Assembly (NCBI RefSeq): GCF_009914755.1
Contig: NC_060925.1
Source of the DNA: the human T2T-CHM13v2.0 reference genome, Homo sapiens
DNA length: 64,000 nucleotides
Strand: one strand, 5' to 3'
Below, one piece after another: positions 29,616 to 43,130 of this stretch (its first letter is position 1; each line of letters opens with the position of its first letter). The position numbers and the translations under genes were made by a program. The notes below the pieces were generated by a model. That model had not been told where the DNA came from. It did not search any database and saw only the letters and a program-made list of their open reading frames with translations.

Positions 29616-30607
29616 TAACATTCTGAGTTTAGGTAAAATTCTGAAGAGCGAAAACTTGTCAAGGGCATGTCAGTGACAGGAAACCTTAAATTATAATTAC
29701 AGAATATTCTTTTAGAAGGCTAAGATTTGGAAATAATCTTACACCACCTTATCATTTGATAGCTAAAGAAACAGAACCCAGAGAAAGCAAGTGACCCATT
29801 TATGATCAAATGGGTAGATAGGTAATAAGATGTAGGTTCCTGGCCTCCTGATTCTCAGTCTCATGGTCTTTACTTAATGTCCCAAGCCTATGCTTGTCAT
29901 CTTTCCTCCCTCATTATTGAGGTTTCCTTTCTGCTACCCTAATCCTAGTCTGCTTTCACTCAGGAATGGCTGCTCTTTGTACTCCTAGAACAGGTTATTT
30001 CTGATAATCTGTAATCTTGGCCTCCTTCACAAACTGCTGTAATTCTCCCGCATCACTCCCCTATTCCTACCAAATTTATTCACATATGCCTAAATATTTC
30101 AATGTGTATAATATTTATTGTCTTGAGGTATTTAGGCAGTGGTGGTGTCGTATGCCATTATTTCAAATCTCATCCGCTCATGTATGTTAGTAGAAAGTTG
30201 GCATGTACTTATTTGAATTTATATCTGAAGAGGAACTAGAATCTGGGGTGGAGTTTGCATGCAAGAGGGTTTTTGGAGAGTTCTCTAGGGAAAAGCACCT
30301 GTAAGGGGATGAAGGAAGTGGAAGAAGAGGAACTGTGCTACAGCTGCAGTAAGGGCCTACAGGGAGGGCCCTGAATTGAGCCAGGAGAGCTGGGTCTTTC
30401 TTCCTTCATTAAGAAGTAATTGGATGTGGGCAGCACTGGAAAGGGGGGTCTAACCTTCAGCATGTTTGTTTCATAGGGATCTGAGAGCTAGAAGGAGTCT
30501 TTATGATAAAGTAATCATCTTATTTTTCAGATAGAAAAACTGAACTATTAATTTCACTAAATTGGCTTATCTAAAGTCACACAACTAATTAGGGGTAGAA
30601 CTAGGTG

Positions 30608-30782
30608 GCCTATTATTACCAAATTTAGCAAATTAAAAATACAGGATGCCCAGTTAAATTTGAATATCACATATGTGTGACCCAAATATTGCACGAGGCA
30701 TATTTGTACTAAAATATTATTGTATTTGTATCTTAAATTCAGATTTAACAAAGTGTCCTGCATTTTACCTGGGAACCCTAGC
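30608..30782. mobile_element. MER53-like hAT MITE
   Basis: AAAATACAGGATGCCCAGTTAAATTTGAAT...ATTCAGATTTAAC...GTGTCCTGCATTTT internal palindrome typical of MER53. Confidence 0.65.
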
Positions 30783-31272
30783 CAGACTCCAATCAAAGCT
30801 TCCTTTACCTGTATTCTTTCCAATGGATTCACTAGCTATTTTCATAAGATATTTTTAAAAAACATAACAAAATAATTAAACATTATTTTTATAACTTAAA
30901 ATAGCATATACTACTTAGAAATAGCTTGGAAAACAATGATAAATATAACAAAATATGGAAAACACATATATCACTCAGAGATAACCACTGTGGTTTTGGT
31001 ATATTTGTTTCCAGTCTTCATTCTAGGCTTATGATATTAATCTGCACTCATATATAGTTTTAAATAGCACAGGGATAAAGTTTGATCTTGAATATTTGAC
31101 ACACTTTCATATTAAACTAAAACAGACACATGAATTTCTAGCTAGCATAGATCACTGCAGTTTTTATTGTTGCATTATTTATAATGTATTGCTACAGGAG
31201 ATCATTTTAAAGCATTTGAGCAGAGAGAGCTTTGGAGAGAGAATTTAGATTCACTCTCAAAACTAACTAGAG

Positions 31273-31525
31273 CTAACACAGGAACAGAAAACCAAACACC
31301 TCATGTTTTCACTCATAAGTGGGAGTTGAACGATGAGAACACGTGGACATAGGGAGGGGAACATCACACACCAGGGCCTGTTGTGGGGTGGGGGATGAGG
31401 GGAGGGAACTTAGAGGACAGGTCAATAGGTGCAGCAAACCACCATGGCACACGTATACCTATGTGACAAACCTGTACGTTCTGCACAGGTACCCCAGAAT
31501 TTAAAGTAAAATAATAAAAAGAACC
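31273..31525 (+). mobile_element. 5'-truncated L1PA (older, about PA10-13) 3' end
   Basis: L1 3' UTR motifs (CACTCATAAGTGGGAGTTGAAC, GCAGCAAACCACCATGGCACACGTATACC) and A-rich tail. 12-bp TSD AACTAACTAGAG at 31261-31272 and 31526-31537. Confidence 0.9.
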
Positions 31526-32213
31526 AACTAACTAGAGAAACATGTGATTCTCTGCAGAAATGTTGGTTAAATATTTAATTAGTAATTGGCCTTTGACCAT
31601 ATCTGAAACACATGTGTCACTCAATGCCTTTTGTGTATATGGCTCTATGTGTACAATTTTATTAATGGTCTGTTCCTACTGTTCACCTGAACTTCATAAA
31701 TCAAACTGTTCCCCATTTCTGCTTGAACATTTATCTTACTCTTCTGTTGTCCTGTGTTTCATTAATGAGACTGTAACCCCCCTTAAAGATGATACTGTCA
31801 TTTTCATGTCTATTATCCTTTGTGTGCTATTTTCTTTACAACGCTAAATACATATTTTTAAAATCTAAAAGTTTGCAAATGCTGCTTTCATCTATAAAAA
31901 CTTTGCCTCCTTTCACAATCCTCAGTCAGTCAAGTTATACTCTTTTGCCATGGCTCTTTGACTCTCATGTCTATAATTTATAGATTTGGCTTGAGTATCC
32001 TTTGGTATGTAAATGTGTACTACTTTCTAAAGCATCCTTTAAGTGGTAATTTTGAGGGGGCTCATAGACATATGCATTAATTGAGTAAGTTCTGTTGCAC
32101 TGCATCTTTCCTACTGGATGTTCAGTACATACTTATTCAGTTTTTAAACCACATCTGTAAGTGAGCAAAATGGCTTTTAGGTCTCTTGATTTGAATTTTT
32201 TGATTTCACACAG

Positions 32214-32489
32214 AGCCCCCTCCGGTCATCCAAGTGCCTAACAATGTTACAGTCACTCCTGGAGAGAGAGCAGTTTTAACATGTCTCATCATCAGTGCGG
32301 TGGATTACAATCTAACCTGGCAGAGGAATGACAGAGATGTCAGACTGGCAGAGCCAGCGAGAATTAGGACCTTGGCTAATCTGTCATTGGAGCTAAAGAG
32401 TGTGAAATTCAACGATGCTGGAGAGTATCATTGTATGGTTTCTAGTGAAGGTGGATCATCAGCCGCTTCAGTTTTCCTCACAGTGCAAG
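32214..32489 (+). CDS. HMCN1: Hemicentin-1 internal exon (probably exon 11), 276 bp, complete Ig domain 2
   Basis: cacag acceptor, AAG|gtacag donor. (E)PPPVIQVPNNVTVTPGERAVLTCLIISAVDYNLTWQRND...DAGEYHCMVSSEGGSSAASVFLTVQ(E), an I-set Ig with C, W and DxGxYxC. Phase 1 to 1. Confidence 0.95.
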
Positions 32490-33927
32490 GTACAGTGCTT
32501 TGGTAACTTCCGAATTATGACATCTTTCTGTCCTCTATTTTTAAAATTTTTGTCCTCCCAAGTTGGCTATCTGAGAGTGAGAGTATCTACCCAAATAATT
32601 ACAGTTTTAAGTGATAGAATGCTTAACATACTCAGTGGTCTACAGCCAACAAAACTGGAAACTAAAATGTCACTAACAAATAGGTAACTTTAATACAATC
32701 ACAGCTAATCATAGTAGTTGAAGATGTTTATTTTAAAACAATATAAAAATTGTCTCTGGATAAATAGTTTTAAATTCTTTAATCCATCTTGTGGATTTTT
32801 TTAAAAAATACTAATTTTATTAATAATTGGTCAAAAAACAATTTCTTCCCAATTTAAGTACTGTATTTTTGCATACATAACTAACTTGCCTTTTATTGTT
32901 CAATTGTTTAGTAATCTCTCACTAATGCCTTTAAAATAAAGGTTTAAGATGCTTCTCATCTTGGTGAAATTTTATTGAAACACAAGCAGAGTGGTTTTTA
33001 ACCTTATTTGTCTTACACACACACATACACACGCGAGTGCCTGTTGAAAATAAACTAATTGTGAGCCAATTTTGAATTATGTATACATTGACTACTGAAT
33101 GTTCCAATAGTTGAAAACAAGTTTATGAGCAATGTGGTTAATGGCTACTAAATATATATTGTTCAGGACCATGAAATGACGATCAGAAACCACTCCAAAG
33201 TTTCTCTTTCAGTGGAAACATATTTGGCTTCTAAAAGTCTAAAGACCAGCAGGGAATCTTAATGTAATGAACAAATTACTGTTGGCGGTTTTTCACTGTT
33301 AAGCTGAAAGGTTCAGTTGCTGCCTCAGCAGAATATTTTATTTCAGTTCCTTGATGTGGGAGACTGATTGCATCAGAATTGGGTCTAGCTATTTGATTGT
33401 GGTATTAGAAACAACTTTATAACATGCCTGAAGTAACATTCTCAGGTAACTTTTTAGCAAGGTTACCTAAGAAAATGACCATTCAGTTTCAAGGCTAAAT
33501 CTTAGAATGTTATTAATGACAGAAAAGCGAAACTACCATGAGAATTAACAAAATGGTTGACATCTGATTATAGTTTTCTCCTTGGTAGTTGAAATATATG
33601 CTGCAATCAGAATGTGTGTCTTTTGTTAGTTGATCTGGGGAGTCGTCTAGGGAAATGTTGCTTTTGTAAATGATTCACCACATTTCCACATCAAACTGCC
33701 TAGATAATATGAGTCGATCCAAGTTCTAGCAACTTGGGTTACTAGAACTCTGGAACTATTTTACCAAACTGATTGTTTCAGATAAAATAAGTGCTAATGG
33801 ACTTCTGAAATTTGAACTTGGTTCTTTATTTGAAGTCCCTTAGAATGAGATTGTAAAATAAAATCAGAGCCTTCCTTGTTTCTACACGTTAACGTTATAG
33901 TCCATAATTTTTCTATTTAGTGCATTA

Positions 33928-34100
33928 GAGCAGTGATTCTCAAACTTCTGTGAGTAAAGAATTACCCAAGGACTTTTTTAAAAATGCAGATTTCTAACCC
34001 CACATCAAGAGATTCTGTTTCCATAGGTCTAGTGTGTGGCCTGGGAATCTGCATTTTAACAGACTTCTCAAGTAGTTCCATGGACATTTTCTGAAAACAG
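33928..34100. mobile_element. MER5A-like hAT MITE
   Basis: CAGTGATTCTCAAAC...AAAAATGCAGATT...GAATCTGCATTTTAAC pattern. Confidence 0.6.
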
Positions 34101-35874
34101 CATATACATCCATCCTGCAGAATGAACCATATGATCTAGAAATGTGTATCTTTAAGGGAAGCTCTTGACTCTCTTCTTGCTGGTAAAATAAAGCCATTAT
34201 TATCCAACAATTTTAAAAAGTGCTGAGGTAAGATGTTATATAATACACAAAACATAAATATAAAAAAATATGACAGTACATTATTACTGGGTAATCTGTA
34301 CTAGTGGTGTAAATCTGTCTAGAGGTGTTATTTTATGGCCTGTCTAGTTGGCCTTGAGTTTGAAGGGCCAATTTTGATGATAAGGGATATTTCAAAAATC
34401 TAACAAAAATATAGTCTAGAATTGATAATACTGCTTAGTAACAATAACAGACTTTTGCTAATTGTGGCTATCTAAATGTATTATTTTATGGTTGAATGTA
34501 CTATAGAAAAGCTATGGGTATTTGATGAAGTAAACTGCCATACCTAGAGGTAAAGTTTATGATAATATGAGAAATGATAAACTGTTGAGATTAAAGCTTA
34601 CATTACAAATTAATTTCACTTTAATGCAGCTAAATCTTTTTAAAAGCAGAAATAACAAATAGTTTTAGAAAACTTAAAAGACAAAATAATACTTGGATTG
34701 AATACATACTTTAGGAATAGTTTTCTTGTTTAAAGGGGAATCAGTAGCTTAATTCACAGCCTCATTTATGTTGTTATGCTTCCACTGGTGTGTTTGGGAA
34801 CTAGTTCTATCTGGAATACTTTTAAGAGTTAAAAAATCTAGATTTTACAAGTTTTTTGTAGTAATTTTACAAAATATAATTAGCAAGAATTTTCTTCTTT
34901 AAGATAGTATATGTCTAATATTGCAGCCCTTCTTTACCTGACAATAAATTATATATAAAGACTTCAAAAAGACAAAGCTAAAGAATAGTAAAAACTAGCA
35001 GCAATTAACAGCAGCAAAAATCCTAGGAGGAATTTTATATGTATTACATATAAATATTTTTTATTATGTAAATATGTATATAGAACATTTATCTATATTT
35101 TAAGATCACTGGAATGAAAATCTTGACAGTGCTCCATCCTTTTTCTGTTCACATGAAAGTAGGAAATATCTTTGTCCCTGTTTCGTAGTTTGCTCCAAAA
35201 AGAAAATGTTACTCTTTGAAGAAGCCAGAATGCTATTTTCTCATACTCATTAATAGCTCTAACTATCCAAATTAGGAAACTAGCAGGACAGAAAATGAAC
35301 AGGCAACCTGGTTCCAGATAGAAAATTGTAACCTTGGATATATGTAACCTGGGATGTATGTTTCCCACCAATGAAAATATTTGAAAGCAAGAGAAACATC
35401 GATATGAATGTCAGTTAGAAATTTTAGAAACAGATGGTAGCAGAGGGGAGCATCACATCTCAGCCAAAAGAGCTCCATAGATGAGGACTGGGCAAGGAGC
35501 CATGTACATCAGACTCTCACTCAGCTGCAGAGCTGAAAAGGGGGTTCAGCTCCTCCAGAACAGAAGCAGAGTGAGAATGAAGTCAAGTCCATCCAAACAC
35601 TTTGTTAAAAGACACTAGTTTTGGATGAGTGTCACCTCATTTGAAGATGAATAAACAGAAAACTATCAAAATAAATAAAACAGTGGAGGGAAAATGAAGC
35701 ATAGGACTTAAGTAGAAATACTGAGGAACAAAACAAGGCGGTCAGGGAATACTTAGAAGAAATGGATGCTTTGAAAGCAGCTTATTCTAGAGACTAGGGG
35801 AAAAAATATTTGGTCTGCCCATTGTCTTTCAAAAAGACTTCAATTCTTTTAGATGACAGTGTGTATTCATATGG

Positions 35875-36219
35875 TGTCTTAGTCTGTTTTTTGCCACCAT
35901 AACAGAATACCTGAGACTGGGTAATTTATAATGAACAGAAATTTATTGGCTCACAGTGCTGAAGGCTGGGAAGTCCAAGATCCAGACTGGGGCATCTAGT
36001 GAAGGCCTTCCACTTGCATCAGCACATGGTGGAAGGCAGAAAGACAAAGAGAGCAAGAGAGCAAATCTACTCCTGTGAGCTTTTTTTATAAGGGTATTAA
36101 TGTTTTCATGTGGACAGAGACCTAAACATCTCCCATGAGGCCTCATCTCCCAACGCTGTTGCATTGGAGATTAAGTTTTCAGCACACAAATTCAGGGAGA
36201 CACATTCAAACCATAACAT
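35875..36219 (-). mobile_element. MaLR solo LTR (MST/MLT1A-type)
   Basis: TGTCTTAGTCTGTTT...GAGACTGGGTAATTTATA...AAATTTATTGGCTCACAG...CATTCAAACCATAACA. Confidence 0.75.
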
Positions 36220-36264
36220 AAGGCAAGAACTGGCTAAGATAAAAGGACAATAATAAGTGGAATG

Positions 36265-36670
<406 letters not shown>

Positions 36671-39380
36671 CTAAAGAGGAGAATTTATACTATATAAAAA
36701 ATCATGGATGTGGTGCATAAATTTGAGAAGTCTTTCAGAATATTGAAAATAACTAACAGTTGAATAATATGATTTTTTAAGTGGAAATTAGAAACAGAAG
36801 TTTAATCTAAAATTTATAGGAGTTTAGGAAGCAAAGATGATTGAAACTAAAGAAATAGTCCAAGATATAATTGAAGAAAACTGTTCTAGGGAGAAAAAGT
36901 TGTCTTGGGTGAATAGATTAACCAAGGTAAATGAAGGGAGAACTTCATCTAGACACATCCTGGCTGAATTTGATATTACTAGTAGGAAGAATCTGCTCAT
37001 TCCCCATAAGCATATGACTAAACCCATTGTAAACAGAAAGATAAAATCAGATTTGTGTCTGACTTCTTATGCTAAAAGTTAGATGATAATTGCAGTGGAT
37101 ATTTGTTATAGTTTTGCTTTTAGGGTCTGAATACTTTCCCTAATTTGTGGAGGAATTATTTATTATCTTGGTGGGAAGCAGAAAACAAGTGAGGTCAGAT
37201 GATTCATTTTCCTTATTCCCTAGATCTCATGACCCACAGCCAGCCACTCATATGCTCCCAGTGGGACTTGGACTCTTGCCAAGACCACGAACACTTAAAA
37301 AATTCCAATTTTTGGCAGCATCATTGAATTTAGAGTCCAACAGCAGAAGCAAATGTCCCAGTGGCCCTTCACCATCACTTTAACAGACTGATGTTGGCTG
37401 TGTTCTCAGCGGTCTAGCCATACCATTTCTACCTGATATCCAGTTTCCTTTTGATTCTGTACCTCAAAAAAAATTTTCCCAATGAATTCCTTTTCTGCTT
37501 AAGTCAGCCAGCCTGGTTCCTGTTGTTTGCAATTGAGAATTCCAACTGACACAATAATAAGAAAGATGCAAGTAGTTTTGAAAAAAAAGGAATCCAAGAA
37601 TTTAATCTAGTTAAGTTGTCTTTCCTATGAAAAGCCATCAAAAGGACATTCTCAAATATTCAAGGGTTCAGGAAAAATACCAAACATATAGCTTTCTTAA
37701 AATGATTTATTAAAAATGCAACTTAACTGCTTGAAGTAGATCTTAAAAAGGAAAAACAAAAAAATCAAAATTGGAGAGGCCATGGTATGAAGAACTGGTG
37801 AACTTCCCTCAGTGGCTATTATCAGGTTCATTACCAACTCATCAAAAAAGCTTTGGGAAGCAAAGCTAACCTCAGAAACTATGGCTGTTTGAATCAGCCA
37901 CACTGATGAGCATGTGAGAATGTGAATGAATTGATATGCTTATTTCATTATGAGAATTCCTTACCACGAGGATAATGGTACAATTAGACACAGGAAATTC
38001 CCCAGGAAAGGAATCCCCTCAAGCAGGGTTTACCACAAGACTCAGAAGTCCCGCTATGCAAACAAACAAATGGAAGCAAACACTGCTATGCTAGGAGAAA
38101 AAAGATGTCTAGATTGATGTATACAAAACGTGTACATGATTGTTTGGGGGCAGCAGAACTATAAGTGACTTTTTGACTTGTAGTTTTTTTGTTTTTCTTT
38201 TTTAAGATCAAATTCAGGCAGTTAATTTGCATTTTTCATAAATCATTTCATACTTTTCTGTACTTGAAAAATTACTTAAATGGATTATTTTTAAACTTTG
38301 TGTAAATAGGATTTAAATTTTCTTAAATGCTCATGTTAATTTTATTAGAGGGTTGAATTATGCATGAGTAATTTCTTCTCTTTGTTTTCTAGATATTGAG
38401 AATGTGCCTTATCGCTTTCATATTTAAAATAATTGAAAAAATAAAAGACAGTTTAAAAATAAGAAATAACTAAGAACACAAATTAACAAATAATGCCTCT
38501 CAAAAAGAAAAGCAACAGCACTTAAGATAAAAATAGATTTTAGGTCAATTTATAAGAAGAAACATCTCCTATCTGCTTTATATAAATGGAAGTATAGATT
38601 ATAAAGTAAGGATCTAGTGATATATTCCCTTAAATATTAAAAAGTTGAGCTCTAAAAAGTTTATTTTAGAGAAAATAATTCTTCCCAAGGTTTATTTGTA
38701 GGCAGCTCTAGTTCTGTTAGGTATAAAAATATGACAACAGTTTCACCACTGCATGTTGAGTGGTGTAAGTTCTTTTCAGTAGAGTGGTAAAAGTGCTTTT
38801 TTAGTACAAATAACTGAGGTATGGTATCAGCTTATGCCACAAAATTATTGCTTTTTAAAATGACTTAAAGCTTATTTAAATATATTATCTTAACAGTAAG
38901 AGAAACTAACACTTTATGTAAACATAAAATAAGATGATACTCAGCATGCTGTGGTGGCATCTCTTACTAACTTTAGCTTTCATGTATTAGTACTTTGATT
39001 TTCTTTGTCATGTTCCATTTCACTTATTAAAAAAAAACTGTCATGGCTAAGTTTTCTTCTCCCATGAATAATCTATGAACTGCTTCACCTCTAGAGATGG
39101 ACCTATTTTAACTTGCTTGTGCAGGATATGTTTTAATTCTGGTTACTAATGAGCTAGTCTCTCTGAGTTGCTGTTTTCATATGTAGAAAAAAATAGACCT
39201 TCTTTCTCTTTGGCTGTTTTCTTCCATCTTTGTGCAAACTTGGCCTTTGCCTTCAAAGAATATTATAGCACACTCCCAAATCATGATTGGGGCAGAACTT
39301 AACTTTAACAAAATTCTATTGACAGAGAAGTTTACTTTTGAGAAGGCTGGCTAATGTGATTTATTTCCTACAGTTGCTAG

Positions 39381-39816
<436 letters not shown>

Positions 39817-40572
39817 CTCTGAATACTTTTTAAAGAGTATGAGATGTATTTAAAAATGGTAAGTTCATGGAATTTACTTTAAGACCATTAGTGTTGAGAT
39901 GACCTCGCTTGGTCTTCAGAATGGATTACTTATAACTATTCCACTTGTTGGGAAGTTTATCTCATATCTATAACATGTCAGAAGTTATTCTACATATTTT
40001 AAAAATCTATATGGTACTTAACAAGCATCTACCACATGGAGTTATTTCTAAATTAAAGAGTGTCATAAAACAGTCAAACTTAAAATGTTAAGTTAGAACA
40101 TCTGACTGTACAAACATTCATATTTGAAAGCTTAAAGATCTGGAATTTTGTAGGACTGTGTTACAGAGTAAGTCCTTTAAATTCTTTCTGAACCAAAATG
40201 AGGTCTATGAAAAGGAATAAATGCAAAATTTCAATTGATAACTAAATTAGATTTTCTTGTAGGAAAAATTTGGTATTCACGTAATTTCTCTGCCAAATGT
40301 AATCTACTGTCTCCATGGTTAGAGGCAAGTTTCTGTTATAAAACATTCCAGTTTCATGCAATAAAATATATGAATGAATATCATGTTTCAGTTACTTTTG
40401 CCTTTCATCTAAGAAATCTGTGTACTATAAAGATGTTAGAGAACTTTAATTTTAGATGAAAAGAGTGATCTCTCTAAAACTTAAAGAAAAGAAATATTAA
40501 AGTGTCTTTAAATAGAACTTATAAGGAAAGACTAAAGAATTAGACTTATTTAGATTATAAAAGACAAAAAAG

Positions 40573-40929
<357 letters not shown>

Positions 40930-41279
40930 TTATTATAAAAAAGTGATACACTGTGGACATTTTAATTTTCAGCAAAAATAGACCATGTGAATATGTGTAT
41001 TCAGCCAAGTCTGATGGCTTTAAGTGAGCTAGTGGAAAAGATGTCTAGGTGTTGGAGAGGTTAAATGATAGAATGCAGTAGCAGGGAAAACGATACTCCT
41101 TTCTCAATGCATTGACTGCTGGGAAGAGAGGTCTAATAGGCAGTTAGCAAACATATCAACCCACTGAATTATTTAAAGAAAGCTACCAACTAACTTTTTT
41201 AAAATTTTGGGAGTTCATATCATACTTTACTTCATCTAATTCTCACAGATGGCTGTTATTTACTATGGTCAATTTCAAT

Positions 41280-42640
41280 TTACAGCGCTTCTAAATGTGT
41301 AAATTTTTTTTTCCACACCAACAACCAAATCTCCAACTCTCTAGGCCCCAACTGGGTGTCCATCAATTTAATTCAATTCAGAAATCAACTCATTTAGCAT
41401 GAGACCCCACAGGTTAAGGGGTTAATCCCACAAAACTGCACCTACTTTAAATGCCAAACACAAGCCCTGGGCTTCCTATACTTCTGATCAAGCAGGTATA
41501 AATCAAGGGTTCCCATAACCACTTATTCAGGTTCAATAATTTGCTAGAATGGCTGACAGAACTCAAGAGGCATTTTATTTACTTTTTTTTTTTAATAATG
41601 GATACTGCAAGAGGGGGAAAAAAAGCTGTTTTTCCCTCTACTCACATACCACTCAATACAACATTTCTGACATAGGATGTTTGCCAGTTTATTAATGAGG
41701 ATATCATAAAGGACACAGAGAAGCAGCCAGAGGAAGAGATACATAAGACAGGGTCTTGGAAGGATCTGGATGGCAGGAGCTTCTGTCCCCATGGAGTTGG
41801 GTTGTGCTACTCTCCTGGCACTTAAGTAAAGTGTTTTCCTGCGCTCCGAGAGCTACTCTACAAATTGATTGAACCTGACAAGGCGGTTGTGGGAACTCTT
41901 GATTTACAGCTGGTTGGTCAGAAGTATAGGCGACAAACTATGACTTATGATTGGTATCTGAAATGGAGGCACTTCACTCCTTGTGGGAATGAGCCCTTAA
42001 CCTGTGGGACCTGATGCTACCTCCAGGTAGATAGTGTCAGAACTGAATTAAATTAGAAGATACACAACCGTTGTCTGCTGTAGAATTGCTTGGTGTGTAA
42101 GGAAATACCCCCATACATCTGGTGTCAGAAATATTCTGTTGAGTGGTATTAGAGTAGAGGGAAAAAATAGTTTTTTCCTTCCTTGTAGATATGACTCAGG
42201 TACAGTCAGATGGAAGTCGTGCATTGTACAAAGTATATGGGAGGTGGGCAGCATGGAACTTTCATGCCCTCTTCAGCCATTACACCCTCCCAGCACCTCA
42301 ATGTGTTCAACAGCCCAGAAGCTCTCTGAAGCCCATAGTTTAGTGTTTGTATAGAAGTTCCATTATGTAGGCAGGATTAAATCATTGGCTGTTTGGTTAT
42401 TAACTCAATCTCTAGCTTCAGTATTCTACCCAGAGGTGAGGGGATGGGGATGAAATTTCCAACCCTGTAACCCTTCGTCTTTCTGGTGACCAGCACCCAT
42501 CCTAATGCTATCTAAGAACCCGCCATCCCCCAGTCATTTATTAGCATACAAAAGACACTCATCACTCAGGAGATTCCAAGGGTTTTAGGAACTCTGCAAG
42601 GAATCAGGACAAAGACCAGATATATGTTTTTTATATCACA
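41280..42640 (-). mobile_element. MER21-family ERVL LTR, interrupted at 41606-42187 by a second MER21-derived insert
   Basis: Collinear with the MER21 copy at 54790-55600 (AATTTGCTAGA.TGGCT.ACAGAAC; ATTAGCAT.CAAAAGA; GATTCCAAGG; ends ATATCACA). Left boundary approximate. Confidence 0.75.
41606..42187. mobile_element. Nested MER21-derived element with ~75-bp terminal inverted repeats and an internal inversion
   Basis: 41606-41680 and 42115-42187 are reverse complements with scattered mismatches. Flanked by GATAC/GATAT. Confidence 0.75.
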
Positions 42641-42884
42641 AGATCACATTATTGCCCCAAGGAAATAGAATCTCTGAAGGATTACCGACTTTTCCTAGGT
42701 TACAAAGCCAGCAAGTGGCAGAGTACATATCTGAGCTAGTTATTTCCATTATTCTGCATTGTATACAGAAGTTTCTAGATATGCTATTAACAGCTCTAAA
42801 GAACAGGTAGATAAAGGAAAGTGGGAAAAAAAAAAAGAAAATAAATGAAGGGTTCTTGGGTATTAACAGATAAATGAGAGTACT

Positions 42885-43130
42885 TACCAAAAACCCTATG
42901 TTCTCGCTTATAAGTGCAAGCTAAGCTGTGAGTACACAAAGACATACAGAAGGATAAGATTGACTTTGAAGACTCAGAAGGGAGAGGGTAGGAGAGAGGC
43001 TAGGGATAAAAACACTCAGGTGATGGGTGCACTAAAATCTCAGAATTTACCACTGTATAATTCATCCATGTAACAGAGATCCACTTGTACCCCAAAAAAT
43101 ATTGAAGTAAAACTTAATTAAGAAAAATAG
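42885..43130 (+). mobile_element. L1PB/L1MA-type 3' end fragment
   Basis: ATGTTCTCGCTTATAAGTG..AGCTAAGCT, GGTGATGGGTGCACTAAAATCTCAGAATT, CCACTTGTACCCCAAAA. Confidence 0.75.
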
